NCBI GenBank assembly: GCA_050084985.1
Contig: JBITNC010000001.1
Location: 27,032,001 to 27,096,000, forward strand
Direction: 5' to 3'
DNA length: 64,000 nucleotides
Source: Nageia nagi
Lineage: Eukaryota > Plantae > Pinophyta
Positions 1-12,805 of the stretch are shown in pieces; the stretch's first letter is position 1, and each line of letters opens with the position of its first letter. The notes below the pieces were generated by a model that made no database searches, had not been told where the DNA came from, and worked only from the letters and a program-made list of their open reading frames with translations. The translations under genes and the position numbers were made by a program.

Positions 1-950
1 GTCAAGCAACATGCATCCTTCTAAGATGAAAATGATTTATTACATAAATTTTCAATGGTATTGTTACATGTAGTAACATAATGAACGGAAACAAAATTCT
101 TACTCTTGTCTTGTTCCCATTTTTCATTCCTTTCTTTAATCTTTTCCCATGGAGTGCGACAGGTATTAGCTTCATGGCCTTGTCTATCGCATCTTTTACA
201 ATAGAGAGTATTCCTCTCATCACGATCACCTTAATTAGATCTGCCCCTTGCCTCTATTATTCCTCTTACCATGAACACAGTTGCTGCTTTCACCTCGATA
301 AGAATCATGTGTAAAATTATTTTCCTTTTGAGAAATACACAATGTGTCTAAAGTAGGTTCATTAGTTTTCTTGACAAATGCTTCTCATGTTCTGTAATCT
401 TATCCATCAAAGTATCAAATGTGAAAGACTTCAAGTTACCACTAGCTTGTAAGGATTCAAGATAATTTGAATATGTGGGGTATAATGCCTTAATCAAAGC
501 TACAAGAGTAATATCAATATTCACACTAGTGGAGTCAATGTCATGCATTATTGCTTTAATTTCATAAATCAATGCTATGGGATCATCATTCTTTAACTCT
601 AGGTTAAAAAGTTTCAAATGAAGTTGGATTAAGTCCAATTTAGAATGGGAGTCAAACAAGTCCTTGAGTTTATTTAGTGCATTACAAGCATCATAAATGG
701 AGGTAATATGGTGGTTAAACTCTTCACTAACCGAAGATAAAATCAAAGCATATGCCTTCTTGTTTTTCATGTGCCAAACTGTAAGTTCCTTGGCACCAGT
801 TGATTTGGTAGGTTGATTATCACCATCAAGATGCCAACCCAAAAATTATTGAAAATCAAGCTATGTTTAATTTTTCTAGATCACTCTACCAATTTTTTTT
901 ACCAGTTAACAAATTCCAACAATGCTCACAAGTGAATGCATTTTAACAAA
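1..950 (-). pseudogene. Copia gag (UBN2-type) remnant with decayed zinc knuckles
   Basis: ORF 348-842 'WHMKNKKAYALILSSVSEEF...ALNKLKDLFDSHSKLDLIQL...ALYPTYSNYLESL' has the typical Copia gag pattern. It is frameshifted on both sides. Confidence 0.8.
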
Positions 951-2505
951 ACTTCAATATCTCAAAATTTTCAATTTTTAAGTGATCTTTGCTCAAAAAA
1001 TAAGTTACATAAATTCTATAATTTTTATCAAAATTTATATATTTTCAAGGTTTGAAAATCATATCAAACTATAACCATCAAAATTTTGGATCCAATGAAA
1101 AATATACACTAAAAGTGACAAAAAATGAAGAAGTTATAGCCAAAATACTTGTCAAAAGGTCAAAAAGAAAACTCAAAATTTGACTGGGCATATTTTAGAG
1201 GCAAAATGTGACTGTGCATGTAGGATGATATGGCAGGTGTTGATTGTTGAAATGGTAGTGTTGACTCTATGCTGACCATGCTGATGATGTGGTAGGATGA
1301 CTAGGCAGTGCTGACTGTGTAGATGACAAAGCGGCTAATTAAGCGTAGACGTGTCCAGTTGATTGGTCAACTGGTACCACGTGGGAACACAGGTGTGTAA
1401 TAGAAAGGTCTATGTCAAGGCATCATCAGGGAAAAAGGTGATTTTAACAGGCACGAACTTTTTTGGGAGTGCATGCTGGGGCAGAAATGGTCGATCCCAC
1501 TTCAGAGCTGGACGGGCGCGCATCAAATTCTAGCGATGAACGACCAGCAGGGGGCGCATTGGTAGGTGGTAAGTGCATGTGAAGGGTTCCAAATAGATGG
1601 TAGAGTCTCCATATGGGCTGGGGTTTGGTAAATAGGAGTCACGTGTAGGAGTACGAGAGGCGAGCAAAAATGGTGCGATAGTGTAGGAGGAGCACATGTG
1701 AGGGAGTGGTGGCGCGGTTGGTGGTGGGACGGGTTCCAATGCACAGAATAGGAGGAGTGTAGGCTGAATGTGAAGGGGGTTGGTGTGGCGGGTTGGTTGC
1801 TGGACTCAACCATAGCGTGCAGGGGGGTGCAGTTTTGAATGCACTCCTCTAAATGAACGATGCGTAAAGTTCCTCCACGCAATGCAGGATGGGCTACACT
1901 AGGATCCAACACGGAATTAAAAAATGCATAGGCATAGTTTTCCATAATATTGCTCTGATAAATCACCAATAAACTTTAAAACCACTTGGAAAATACCACA
2001 AATTAGACTCAGAAATCTTGTTCGCAGACTTAAAACTTCAAATCTACATAACTTTACCATTTTTTCTTCAAATTAGGTCATGTTATATATCAAAATGATC
2101 AGAACGATGAGAGGAATCCAAAAATAAGTAATAGATGGATTTTAAGAAACATAATTTATAAAAAATGTATGACAGATTTCAAGAAATTTTTGGACATAAT
2201 CACTCTTTGATTTTCATGGAGGTAAAGAGTCTTTTTCTCATAGCTCTAATACCAATGCCAGGCCTGGATAACTTCAAGATCATCAAATATTGTATTAGGT
2301 TAGAATATTACTTTAATACACAAGAATATTGAATCTTCACATTCACCTTCTTGGGTGACCCTTAAGATACCATGTAACTCTTCATATTCTTCAAGAAATG
2401 ACATTCTAAATTTTAGCACACATAAAGCTACGAATTTACTAAATATAGTAAGTAACTAATACTATACTATATATACCATAATCTCTAAGGATTAGGTGTA
2501 TAATA
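1..2505 (-). mobile_element. Ty1/Copia LTR retrotransposon, 5' part (5' LTR, PBS, long 5' UTR, gag), running off the window start; inserted into the 3' LTR of the large Gypsy
   Basis: The minus strand reads TGGTATTAGAGC (tRNA-iMet PBS) at 2243-2254, next to an LTR terminus (plus-strand TG at 2256). A Copia gag-like ORF lies at 348-842. Homology to the host Gypsy LTR starts abruptly at 2506, which places the LTR at about 2256-2505. Confidence 0.85.
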
Positions 2506-2787
2506 TAAGTTACATTCAAAACTTGCAAATACACAAAAACTAGGGAAATAATATTTAGATAGGTTAATATAAATGTGAATTGAGAAATTTAGATACTTAA
2601 TACTTATAACTATAGAGTATACTTATGTAACATGAATTGATCATAATTTGAACAAGATTATTCATCTTTGAACAAATAAATGGAATCAAAATATAACCAT
2701 AGTCATACACAAAATTAAAAAAAAAAAAAAAAACACAATCATTTGATCTTTTTGATTAAAAATAATATGTACAAAATTATGTCTACA
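2506..2787 (-). repeat. 3' LTR of the large Gypsy (first ~280 bp; remainder displaced by the Copia insertion)
   Basis: Colinear with 25831-26093 (for example TTGATCATAATTTGAACAAGATTATTCAT and TGTACAAAATTATGTCTACA occur in both). Confidence 0.85.
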
Positions 2788-4260
2788 TTTTGGCATCTCT
2801 AGGGGATTTTTGGTAACAAAATTTATAATATAGACCAAAAGAAAATATATTATCCTTGGGTTTCAATATGACCCCTTAATACAATGGCTTTAATTAATAT
2901 TAGCCCATTCTTGGTCTGATCCACTATACTTCTTGAATTTTTCCATATCCCTATGTATAGTTATCATGCTATTTACAATAGAAAAAGAAATATTATTGTG
3001 TTCCTTAGAAAAGTCTTTAGCTACTGACTGTAAAAATATCAAATTTACAAAAGATCAAATTCCTTGGGCCAAATATAAAATTTAGAGGCATCCTTAGAAA
3101 TAGCCTCCACCTTCTTATATATCTGCTTTTTAGTCAAGGGAGTATTGTCCTACTAGAGGTCTGGAATACCCAAATTCTAAAGCTCTTGAAACTTTGCCTT
3201 TATAAGTTGTATTTCCTAAGTTAGAGTAGACTAGGACTTGGAACCTTCCTCAAGGTATGCATATATATGCATAATGGAAGAGGACATGTCTAGGATTTGT
3301 TCTCTTATGCCCAAATTTTCCTTAACCAAAACTTCATTTGTAATGACTTCAAGATTAGCAATTATTGCTTAAGATTAATATTTTCTTGCATTTATGAAGG
3401 CCTTGGTCTGTGAGATATTAGCTGAGATGTTATCAATAGCCTTATGCAATGAAGTGATATAGTTGCAAATAGGGAATAATATCTTCATTTATACAAAAGT
3501 CAATTCCCATAACTTATTTTTCAAACCAACTAGAGTGTCTTTGTTAAATGATGATTTTTCCTTAGCCTCCTTTGCCCTTTGTAATTGAACTATGAGTTGC
3601 TTGACTTGATATTCAAATTGTTTTATTTGATCCTTGGAATTTTGTAGCTCAATTTCCTTGGCTTTAAGTTGCCTCTTGCCCTTTTAGCTGGGTATTCTTC
3701 TTGGCTATTTTTGTATCTTTTTTCTTCAACTCTACATTTTTACCTATCAACAGGGTATCCTTTTGGGCCATTTGTTCCTTATGATTGGTCAGGTCATTAT
3801 CAAGATTAGAAAATTCTTCTTCATTATTTCTTTCTTTATTTATATCTTGATAATTTCCTCCTTTACTCCTACAACCTATTTATCTTTAGCTTTAACTTGC
3901 TCTGTTGCAAAGGTAAGTTCTTTATCTTTTTATCATAGAGAGGCTTGTCTCAAAGCTTTTGATATCTTATTTTTTAATTTTTTGATGTCATTTTTAAACC
4001 CTTCACCTCCTCAATGAGGTTGTTAGCCTTATTTTCAAATATTTTCCTTTGATTAATCTCCTTGTTTAGTTGTGTGGCAAGATTGGTTGCATCAAAAGCA
4101 ACAATAGATGTGGACTGGAACATCAAATTATTTCTAACATGTTATGGTAGGAGGCTTGTATCAATTTTTTTTTATTTCTATCAAGATATAAGGAGCTTTC
4201 GAGGTAGGTGTAACAACTGAATTTTGTACATACCTCATTAACTAAGCAACTGGATCATAA

Positions 4261-7200
4261 TGTTATAAACTTAACATTTGTCTTGAGGCAAAATTGCATG
4301 TTAACTGAGTTTACTTCTCAACTGATGTCTTGTAGATTGGCTAGCTAATCAACCTCTATCCAATCGAACCCCAAATATGCCAATCATTACTCACCCAATT
4401 AGTTAGACCTTGCCAACTGTTCTATAACCTTCTAATTAGGCCCATATTAAAAGTGTCTCAAAACTCATCATTCTTGAGGTATTTTTGGGTGTTTTTATGC
4501 ATTTTATTTTCTTCTTCCAGCTCACCTTGGTGTATTTGACATGTGTAGAAGTTGTTAGCTTTAGTTACTAGGTTTTTAGAATGCTTATAACTTAGTCTAA
4601 TTTTGATTACACTTAAATTACATTGTTCTCTTATAATTTCCTGCAACTCTCACCATTAAAGAGTGAATGAAGCTTCATTATTGAATTTCATGTTGTAATT
4701 TTATGTTTTACATTAATATATATTTTTTCTATTAAGTTCCAATATTGTTACTACATTTTAGCTAGAATTTTATTTATTTAAATTCTCTTGAATTCATCAT
4801 TTGGTATCAAAGCTTTGTTGGGTCTTAATTGGGTTTGAGAAAGCTTGTGGCTTATGGAAATTACAAAGGTTGCTTGTAGAGTCTATGGTTTCCTTATTTT
4901 TAGGTATAATAGTTAGCAATAAAAGCTAATTTATTTCCATTTTAAAGATTTATGGTAGTGATTATGGGTACTATTGTATTAAAATGAAAAATTTGCTCAT
5001 AGGCAAAGATTTGTGGGATATTGTTGATGATGGCTACTCATAACCAGTAGATTGGAGCACTATTTCAATAGATGATAAGAAGGCCAAGACAGAATGTAGG
5101 AGTAAGAACTCTCTTACCTTGTATCACCTCCAAGTAGCTCTTGATAGGATCATTTGTCGAAGAATTACAGGTTTTAAGATAGCCAGAGATGCTTGGAGAA
5201 TGTTGAAGGAATGATTCCAAGGGAGTGACCAAGTAAAAGAAGTGAAGTTATAAACTCTAAGGATAGAATTTGATGCTCTCAATATGAAAGAGACTAAGAA
5301 AGCTTCGTATTAATATGTTAGAGTGAAGTAGATTATAAATAATATGTCTACTCTTAGAGATACCTTAGGAAAGGCAATGGTTATTAAAACAATTCTGAGA
5401 TCTATCACCAAGAAATGGAATCACATTGCTATGATCTTGGAGGAGACTAAGGATATCTCTCAAATGGATATTGACTCTCTCATTGGCTCTCTTATATCAC
5501 ATGAAGAGAGGCTAGATTATGAGCTAATTCAGTCCAATAAGGATGAGAAATCCTTTGCTACAAAAGAAGGTGAATAAAGCTCAAATGGGTAAGGAAGAGG
5601 AAGAGGTAGAACCCAACAGAGAGGTATAGGTAGAGGTAGAGGAATAGGAGGCTCTTCAAACTCAAGAGGAAGAGGTAGAAGAAATAGTGATAAGAGGAAT
5701 GGTCAATCTTTTTACTACAAAAAATATGGACAATATGAGAGGGAGTGTAGAGCTAAGCATAAAGCTAGTGGTGAAGGAAGAGTAGCCAATTTTGGAGAGG
5801 AAGGATATTATGGTGAAATTCTCTTTTTTTCCATTGAGGAGATAGCCAATGTAGCTAAAATAAAAGGTGAAGAATTTTGGTTGTTGAAAATCGGTTGCTC
5901 CAACCATATGACCGAAAAGGGGGAGCTTCTCTCCTCTATTGATCATTCCTATAGGTCAAGCATTAAGATTGACAATAATTGTGTAATAAAAGTTGTTGGT
6001 AAAGGCATGCTTGAGGTGCCTACCAAGCATGGAATGAAGAAAGTGGATGATATTTTATCACACTATGGATATGGCTCATAATTTGCTTATTTTTGGGAAG
6101 ATTATGGAGAACAACTACAAGTTGATTTTTGAAGATAAAAAATATAAATTTTTTGACAAGAATCATGGGAACAAGCTTATTTCTATTGCGCACATGAAAA
6201 CCAATCAATTATTTCCATTGAATCTTGGAGATAAAGGGGATAACTTTATTGCATATGTGGCTATGAATGACATTTCTTCGTTGTGGCATCTCAAATTTGC
6301 CCACTTGAATTTTAACAACTTGAAGTTGTCTCATGGTCTTGTTCATGGTTTGCCTCTTATTGAAGATCCCAAATCTATTTGTGAATATTTTATTTTGGGA
6401 AAGAAAACAAGATAAAAATTTGATCATGGGAAAGCATGGAGGGCCTCATTTCTACTCTAGTAGGTTCATACTAATTTATGTGTACCAATGCAATCTAAGA
6501 GTCTTGGTATGAATTCATATTTTCTCACTTTTATTGATGATTTTAGTAGAATGTGTTGGGTTTATTTTATCAAATATAAAGATGAGGCATTTGTGTGTTT
6601 TAATGAATTCAAGGAGGTGGTTGAGAATGAGTGTGAGCATAAAATTAAATGTGTAAGAAGTGATAGAGGGGGAGAGTATGCCTCAAATGAATTTGTTGAT
6701 TTTTACAAGAAGCATGGAATTAAGAGGCAGTATACTACAACCTATACTCCACAACAAAATAGAATGGTTGAGAAGAAAAATAGAACTCTCATGGAGATGG
6801 TAAGATGTTTCTTGTAATACAAAAAATTGCATAACATGTATTGAGTTGAAGCAATGAGAACATTCAATTATATTTTAAATAGATGCCCAACTAGTACCAT
6901 TGAAGGCAAGACTCCCTTTGAAGCTTAGTATGACAAGAAACCAAGTGTCTGATATTATAGAGTTTTTGGTTGTTTGGCACATGCTCATGTGCTAAAAGAA
7001 AACTAAAATAATAGATGAAAAGAGTGAACCATATGTGTTCATTGCACTTGCACATAGTGAAGAGAGTAAAGCATATAGGCTTTACAATCCCAAAACTAGA
7101 AAAATAATTATGTCAAGGGATGTTATTTTTTAGGAGGGGAAAGTCTATGGACAATAATAAAAATGCATGGTGGATATTGGAGGAGAAGTACCGAACCATG

Positions 7201-9615
7201 AAAACACTTAAAAATTGAAGAATGTGCAGCCCAAGAGATCAAATTATCTTCCAAATATTTAATTTGTGTCTCTAAGTCCTTCATAAAGTCCCTCCAATAG
7301 CTCCAAATCCACTCCCACTTATCCTTCAAGTGGAATTTCTTCCAATGTGATTGAACAAGTGATGAAAAAAAAAGAAAAGAGGTAAGAATCATTTTCAAAA
7401 CCATCCTCCTTCTCAAGTTTTAGATCCAAACTTTCACCAAAATCTTACTAGAATTCAACTTCATGAAATGGAAAAGTTTGTAAAACAATTTAGTGATATG
7501 GAAATAAATGAAGACCCAAAGGGGGAGATAGTTAATTATGCATTGTTTGCAACCCATAATATTGTTATTTTTTTTTATTTTGATCCTTCTTGTTATGAGA
7601 AATCTTGCACTAAAAATGTGTGGTTGAAGGTTATGTAAGAAGAGCTTCACTCAATTGAAAAGAATGATACTTGAGAACTTTATGATTTACCCAAAGGAAA
7701 GAGATGTGTAGGCTCCAAGTGGGTCTAAAAAACTAAATATAACAATTATAGAACAATTGAAAGACAAAAAGCTATATTGGTTTCCAAAGGGTTCACATAA
7801 AAATATGGAGTGGATTATGAAGAGACTTTTGCACTGATTGCAAAATAAGAAATAGTATGAATGCTTCTCTCATTGGTAACCCAACAGAATTGGAATGTAC
7901 ATCACATGGATGTGAAGAGTGCATTATTGAATGGCTACTTAGATAAGGAGGTTTATGTGAAACAAACTCAAGTATTTCACATGCAAGGTAAAGAGAAGCA
8001 TGTGTACAAGATCAAGAAGGCATTGTATGGACTCAAGCAAGCTCTAAGAGCTTGGTACACCTAGATTGATGGATACTTCCAAAGGTTTGGGCTCATTAGG
8101 AGAAAAAATGAGCTAACACTCTATATCAAGAGAGAGGGTAATCATAGTTTTCTTATTTCTCTTTATGTTTATGATTAGATTTATATGAGAAGTAATTCCA
8201 TCATGAATGATAAGTTTAGGATTGATTTGATGCATGAGTTTGATATGAAGGATATAGGACTTATGAGGTACTTTCTTGGCATGGAGTTCCACCAATGTTA
8301 AGATCAAAGTTTTGTTTTCCAAAGCAAGTATATAAGAGACATGATCACAAAATATGTCATGTATAATTGTACTTCTATTTTAAATCATGTAGCTCATGGA
8401 GAGTTTCTTTGCAAAGAAGATGGTGCTTCAAAAGAAAATGTAATAGAATTTAGGATCATTGTAGGTAGTCTCATGTTTCTTTGCAATACTAGGTTTGATA
8501 TCTAATTTGTTATCACAATTATGTATAGATACATGAATGATCCTTCCATTTTACATATGAAGGCTACAAGGCAAATTTTGAGCTATGTGAAAGGCACCAT
8601 TAATTTTGGTCTCCATTATTCTCATGTGGAGAACATGGAACTTGTAGGCTTCAGTGATAGTGATTGGAGAAGCAATCTTGATGATAGGAATTCCACTTCT
8701 GGATAATGTTTCTCACTTGGTTTAGGATTGATTACATGGAGCTCCAAGAAGTAATCTACAATACCACTTTCCTCTTGTGAAGTGGAGTATATTACTCTCA
8801 CAAAAACCATCACTCAAGCATTGTTGTTGAGGAAGTTGCTTAAAGAGATTAGTGAGAAACAACATGGACCAACCATTTTTTACTATGATAATCAGAGTGC
8901 CATTCAATTTACATGCAATCCCATCCACCATAATAGGTCAAAGCACTTTTAATGGAAGTACCATTTCATTCGTGACATAGTGGAAAAGAGATAAATTGAG
9001 CTTCAATATTGCAATACTAAGATCAATTAGGTTGATATATTCATGAAAGGTATTGTCAATTATCAGTGTATTATGCTAAGATACTCCATGGTTAAACCTA
9101 TTCGTATCAAGGGAGAGAATGTTGAAAATTCAACACTTGTTCAAAGGTAAAATTTCATGTTTTCTAAGTTTACTACTCAACCGATGTCTTGCAGAATGGC
9201 TAACCAACCAGCCCCCAAATGTGACAACCAATCCTCACCCAACCAATTAGACTTGACCAATCAGTCTACAACATACTAATTACTTGAAACTCATCATTCT
9301 AGAGGTATTTTTTGATATTTTTGCATTTTTTTTTCTTCTTCCAACTTTCCTTGGCATATTTTACATGTGTAAAAGTAGTTAGCTTTAGTTACTAGATTTT
9401 TAGAATTCTTGTAACTTATTCTAGTTTTTATTACAATTGAATTGCATTATTCTCTTACAACTTCCTGCAACTCTCATCATTGAAGAGTAAATGAAGCTTC
9501 ATTACTGAACTTCATGTTATACTTTCATTTTTTACATTAATATATATTATTCATATTCAGTTCTAATAGTGTTATTACATTTTAGCTCTAATTTTGTCTA
9601 TTGAATTCATTATTT
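4261..9615 (+). mobile_element. Full-length degenerate Ty1/Copia element
   Basis: LTRs 4261-4799 and 9120-~9615 are clearly homologous. PBS TGGTATCAAAGC at 4802-4813. PPT AAGGGAGAGAA at 9109-9119. Candidate TSD CATAA (4256-4260 / 9616-9620); the 3' LTR end is decayed. Confidence 0.92.
4930..9119 (+). pseudogene. Copia gag-pol (gag, PR, INT, RT, RNase H) with many stops
   Basis: gag 5344-5577. PR GCSNHMT in 5881-6081. GAG-pre-integrase LWHLKFAHLN. INT 6488-6817 (YFLTFIDDFSR..VRSDRGGEY..YTPQQN). RT HHMDVKSALLNG..KALYGLKQA in 7861-8064. RH GFSDSDW in 8521-8706. Confidence 0.92.
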
Positions 9616-12600
9616 CATAATGGGTAAAACAATTGGGAGTATCAATTTTAGAATCAAAAGTAGAAACCTCCTCAATTCTCAGAATGGGCACATGATTCAT
9701 AATCTTGAAACCTATCAATAGAGAAGACAATCACATGGGTTTTCCTTATAGAGAAACCAAGGTTATCTTGATAGGAGTTGTTTATTGTACAAGTGTTGTA
9801 CAAGTGGCAACTCAATTTGTAGTATGAATTGGCATTTGAGAAGATGGGGAGACTATGGAATCAAGCATTGTAAATGATAGCGGGGTAATGGGAGCAACAT
9901 GCAATAATGGGGCTATGATGGAAATAATGGAAGATAAATACATAGAATGGATCTAAGCAAAGATATAAGTTCTTACTAGGATTAATTATTGAATCTTTCA
10001 TGGAGAGATTGAAGTAGTTGTAATAGAAACAAATGGTGGCTTTGAAGGAGGAGTCTGTACTAGAGCATTGGATACTTGTCTGGAGGTATTTTATGAATTC
10101 CTATGATATATCCTCTATTTATTTTATTATGGAAAAGGATCATCCAACCTTACCTCAACTTAGTGCTTGAGTGGTCTAGAAGGCCCAAAACTAAAGGCTT
10201 TTATTTGAGCTTTCTTAGGATGGAAACCTTTCTCCATTTTTTCTGTCACTTCTTGATGCCTCTTTTGAGTTTTTTAATGGTTGTAAGAAAGGGAGGTTAA
10301 TCCACATCTGAATTATGTTCATTGAAGCTCAAGACCTTTTCATATTCATGCTTCTCAATATATTTATTGGAAAATTCATCATCATATGAATCTATAATAT
10401 TATGTAGATTTCCCTTTTCAACTCCAAAGACTAAAAAGATCATTTTCTTAACTTAGCTCTAGTTCTTATTTGTGTTGAGTTTATTTGAAGCAACCTTGAT
10501 TAGCTTATCCTTAGATTCATAAAACTCATACTTCTTTTTGAAGAAGATTCTCCATAAGGAATCCTTTGAATAAGTGTCCTAAATGACCATCTTCTTTATA
10601 TCCAAATTAAGTAACTCAACCAAGATGACTTGATCAATAATAGGGTTCCTAAATCTCTCAAATTGCTCATATTTATCTAGATGAAAAGTGATCAAGTTTC
10701 TTTGATTGTTAGTCCTCAACCGAGCCACCATTATATCATCCAATTTGTAATGATAGGTCACATTTATCATGACCAGGCCTAACTTCTTCAATATTTCTGC
10801 AAGTTTAGCAACTTGCTCTTCTTCTTCAAAACAAAAATCTCAAAGGTTTGCCATCAAGTATAAATACTCATTTTCTTGTTGTAAAAATTGAAGTTCTTAT
10901 TTTTCTCATCAATCTGCCTGAAAAACTCAAGTCCAAACACTCTATCTAATACATAATATGGAAGAAAATAAGGCTTCCTTGAGAATCCATAAATTTGAAT
11001 AACATTCCATACCCTATCAAATAGTAATCACCTAATTCTAGATTAGGCATTATGAGCTTAGTCATCACCTATTGGCTAAATCTTGAAATAATTTTTGCCT
11101 AAATGAGTGCCAAAGAAAAAAAAAGAAAATTGGTTACAAATAGGTAATAAGAGGAGGATGAAATCAACTCAATAGTCCAAGAATCCACAAATAAAGGGTT
11201 TCCTTACTCATCTTATTTTTGAGTAGACATGGCTTTTGTATAATAAAAAAGGTAAACAATAATTGACATATAAGGAAATCTCTTTGAATGTTTTAGATTA
11301 CTGAAGGTATCAATAATTTGGTGGGAGAGGAATAGTGGCCAATCAAAGTAGATGAGGGTTTTCTCATGGGAGATTGCACAAGAAGTGGCCATTTATTCAA
11401 ATGTGATCTCTTTATCAAAATCATATCCAAAGAGAATGGATAAAGCAAAGAAGAGGTTCTGTACAGGACCAATGGGAAGAGTATTTATAGAGAAACTTAC
11501 ATGAATTTGGAGGAAGGGGAGAATAGATGCCTTACAATGCTTTGCCTAAGTTTCATGGAAACATTTATGCATGTTATCATTACAGTAAAATTGAAAGGAA
11601 AAATATATTCCTTTTGTAAAGAAGTCAAGGAGGACCTAATTATTTCTAACTCTTAGTCGAGAGGATTGATCAACATATAGCTCTAAGGCTATAATGAGTT
11701 CAAGACTTGGGTGAGTCCTATAAGGAGTAACTACCATGACACCTAAATAATATGCAACTGCACCTATATGCTTGAAAGAAAAATGAAAGGAATTACTATC
11801 TATGGTTATCTTTGAATTTTTATCATACCCATGCAACTCTATATCCCTTATGGCTTCATATGCATCAATAAAATAAATTTTGAACTTATCCTCCTTTTGT
11901 GTCTATTGCACAAAATGATCTTGTTCTTTGGATGCCTTCTGCCTTTGACTCCTTCATAGATATGTAGAGGTAGAATTTTGTGCTTCAAATACCATATAAT
12001 ACTAAGTATCTCTCATATCCTCTATTATTTTGAATATTCACTACTAAATTAGCTACTACGAATTGAATGATTATTGTGGGTATCCATAGTTCTAAACTTC
12101 TCCGAAGGATTGTAAATTTGAGATAAGATTGGCTTTCAAGGTTCTCTGCTTTGGATACTTAGATAAAATGTTAACAATTGAAATTTATTTTAATAGCCTT
12201 ATGATCATAGTTCAACATGATATTATATTTAATTACATTTGGTATTGATACGATGATACAAACTTGATCCCCATGTTGGCATGGTTTGAACTACATTCTC
12301 TTGTCATGAATTGAATGCATGCAACTTGGCCAAATTATTAGGTGTCTATGATATTAAATGGAACCTGTTGATGGGATGTGATTATCTTATTGATGTCATA
12401 TTTAAATAGAATATATGAGATTCAAGATTGCCTTAATGATATCATCCTCCTCTGTACTACAAAATTTCCTTATTCAATTATTGAAGCTATTCAAATTCGT
12501 AAATATATATATGGTAATGTTATGTGGCATTCTTCAATAATAGCCTTGGACTTACTTTCCTTTTGGGAATTAGAATATAAGTGTAGCTATAAGATCCAAA

Positions 12601-12805
12601 AATTAAGTATTATTAAGGGCACATGGATGTCTCCAAAATTTATTCTGTAATTGACTCACAAGGAAGCTAAGGCCAGATGTGAATCATAAATCTGGATATG
12701 CAAATAGCAATTAGTCATGTGGAAATGGATCCAAATAGTAAATATTTATATAGATCATAGATTTTTTATTCCATATGAATAAATATGGATTTATCTGAGG
12801 GGTAT

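Larger units (their letters stand above)
2960..11995 (-). pseudogene. Extra 3' ORF of the large Gypsy (~3.6 kb once the nested Copia 4261-9615 is removed); unknown function, C-terminal coiled coil
   Basis: ATG at 11995 (MVFEAQNSTST). Segments include LIYFDWPLFLSHQII and FPYMSIIVYLF (~11250-11360), an S/T/P-rich middle, and K/E/Q-rich heptads at 3400-4050. Same strand as pol, between integrase and the 3' LTR. The end coordinate is approximate. Confidence 0.6.

Noticed and set aside
1523-1969. 148-aa ORF and overlapping 69-aa ORF
   Set aside because: They lie in the GC-rich Copia 5' UTR between PBS and gag, have no recognisable domain, and the open frames are explained by base composition.
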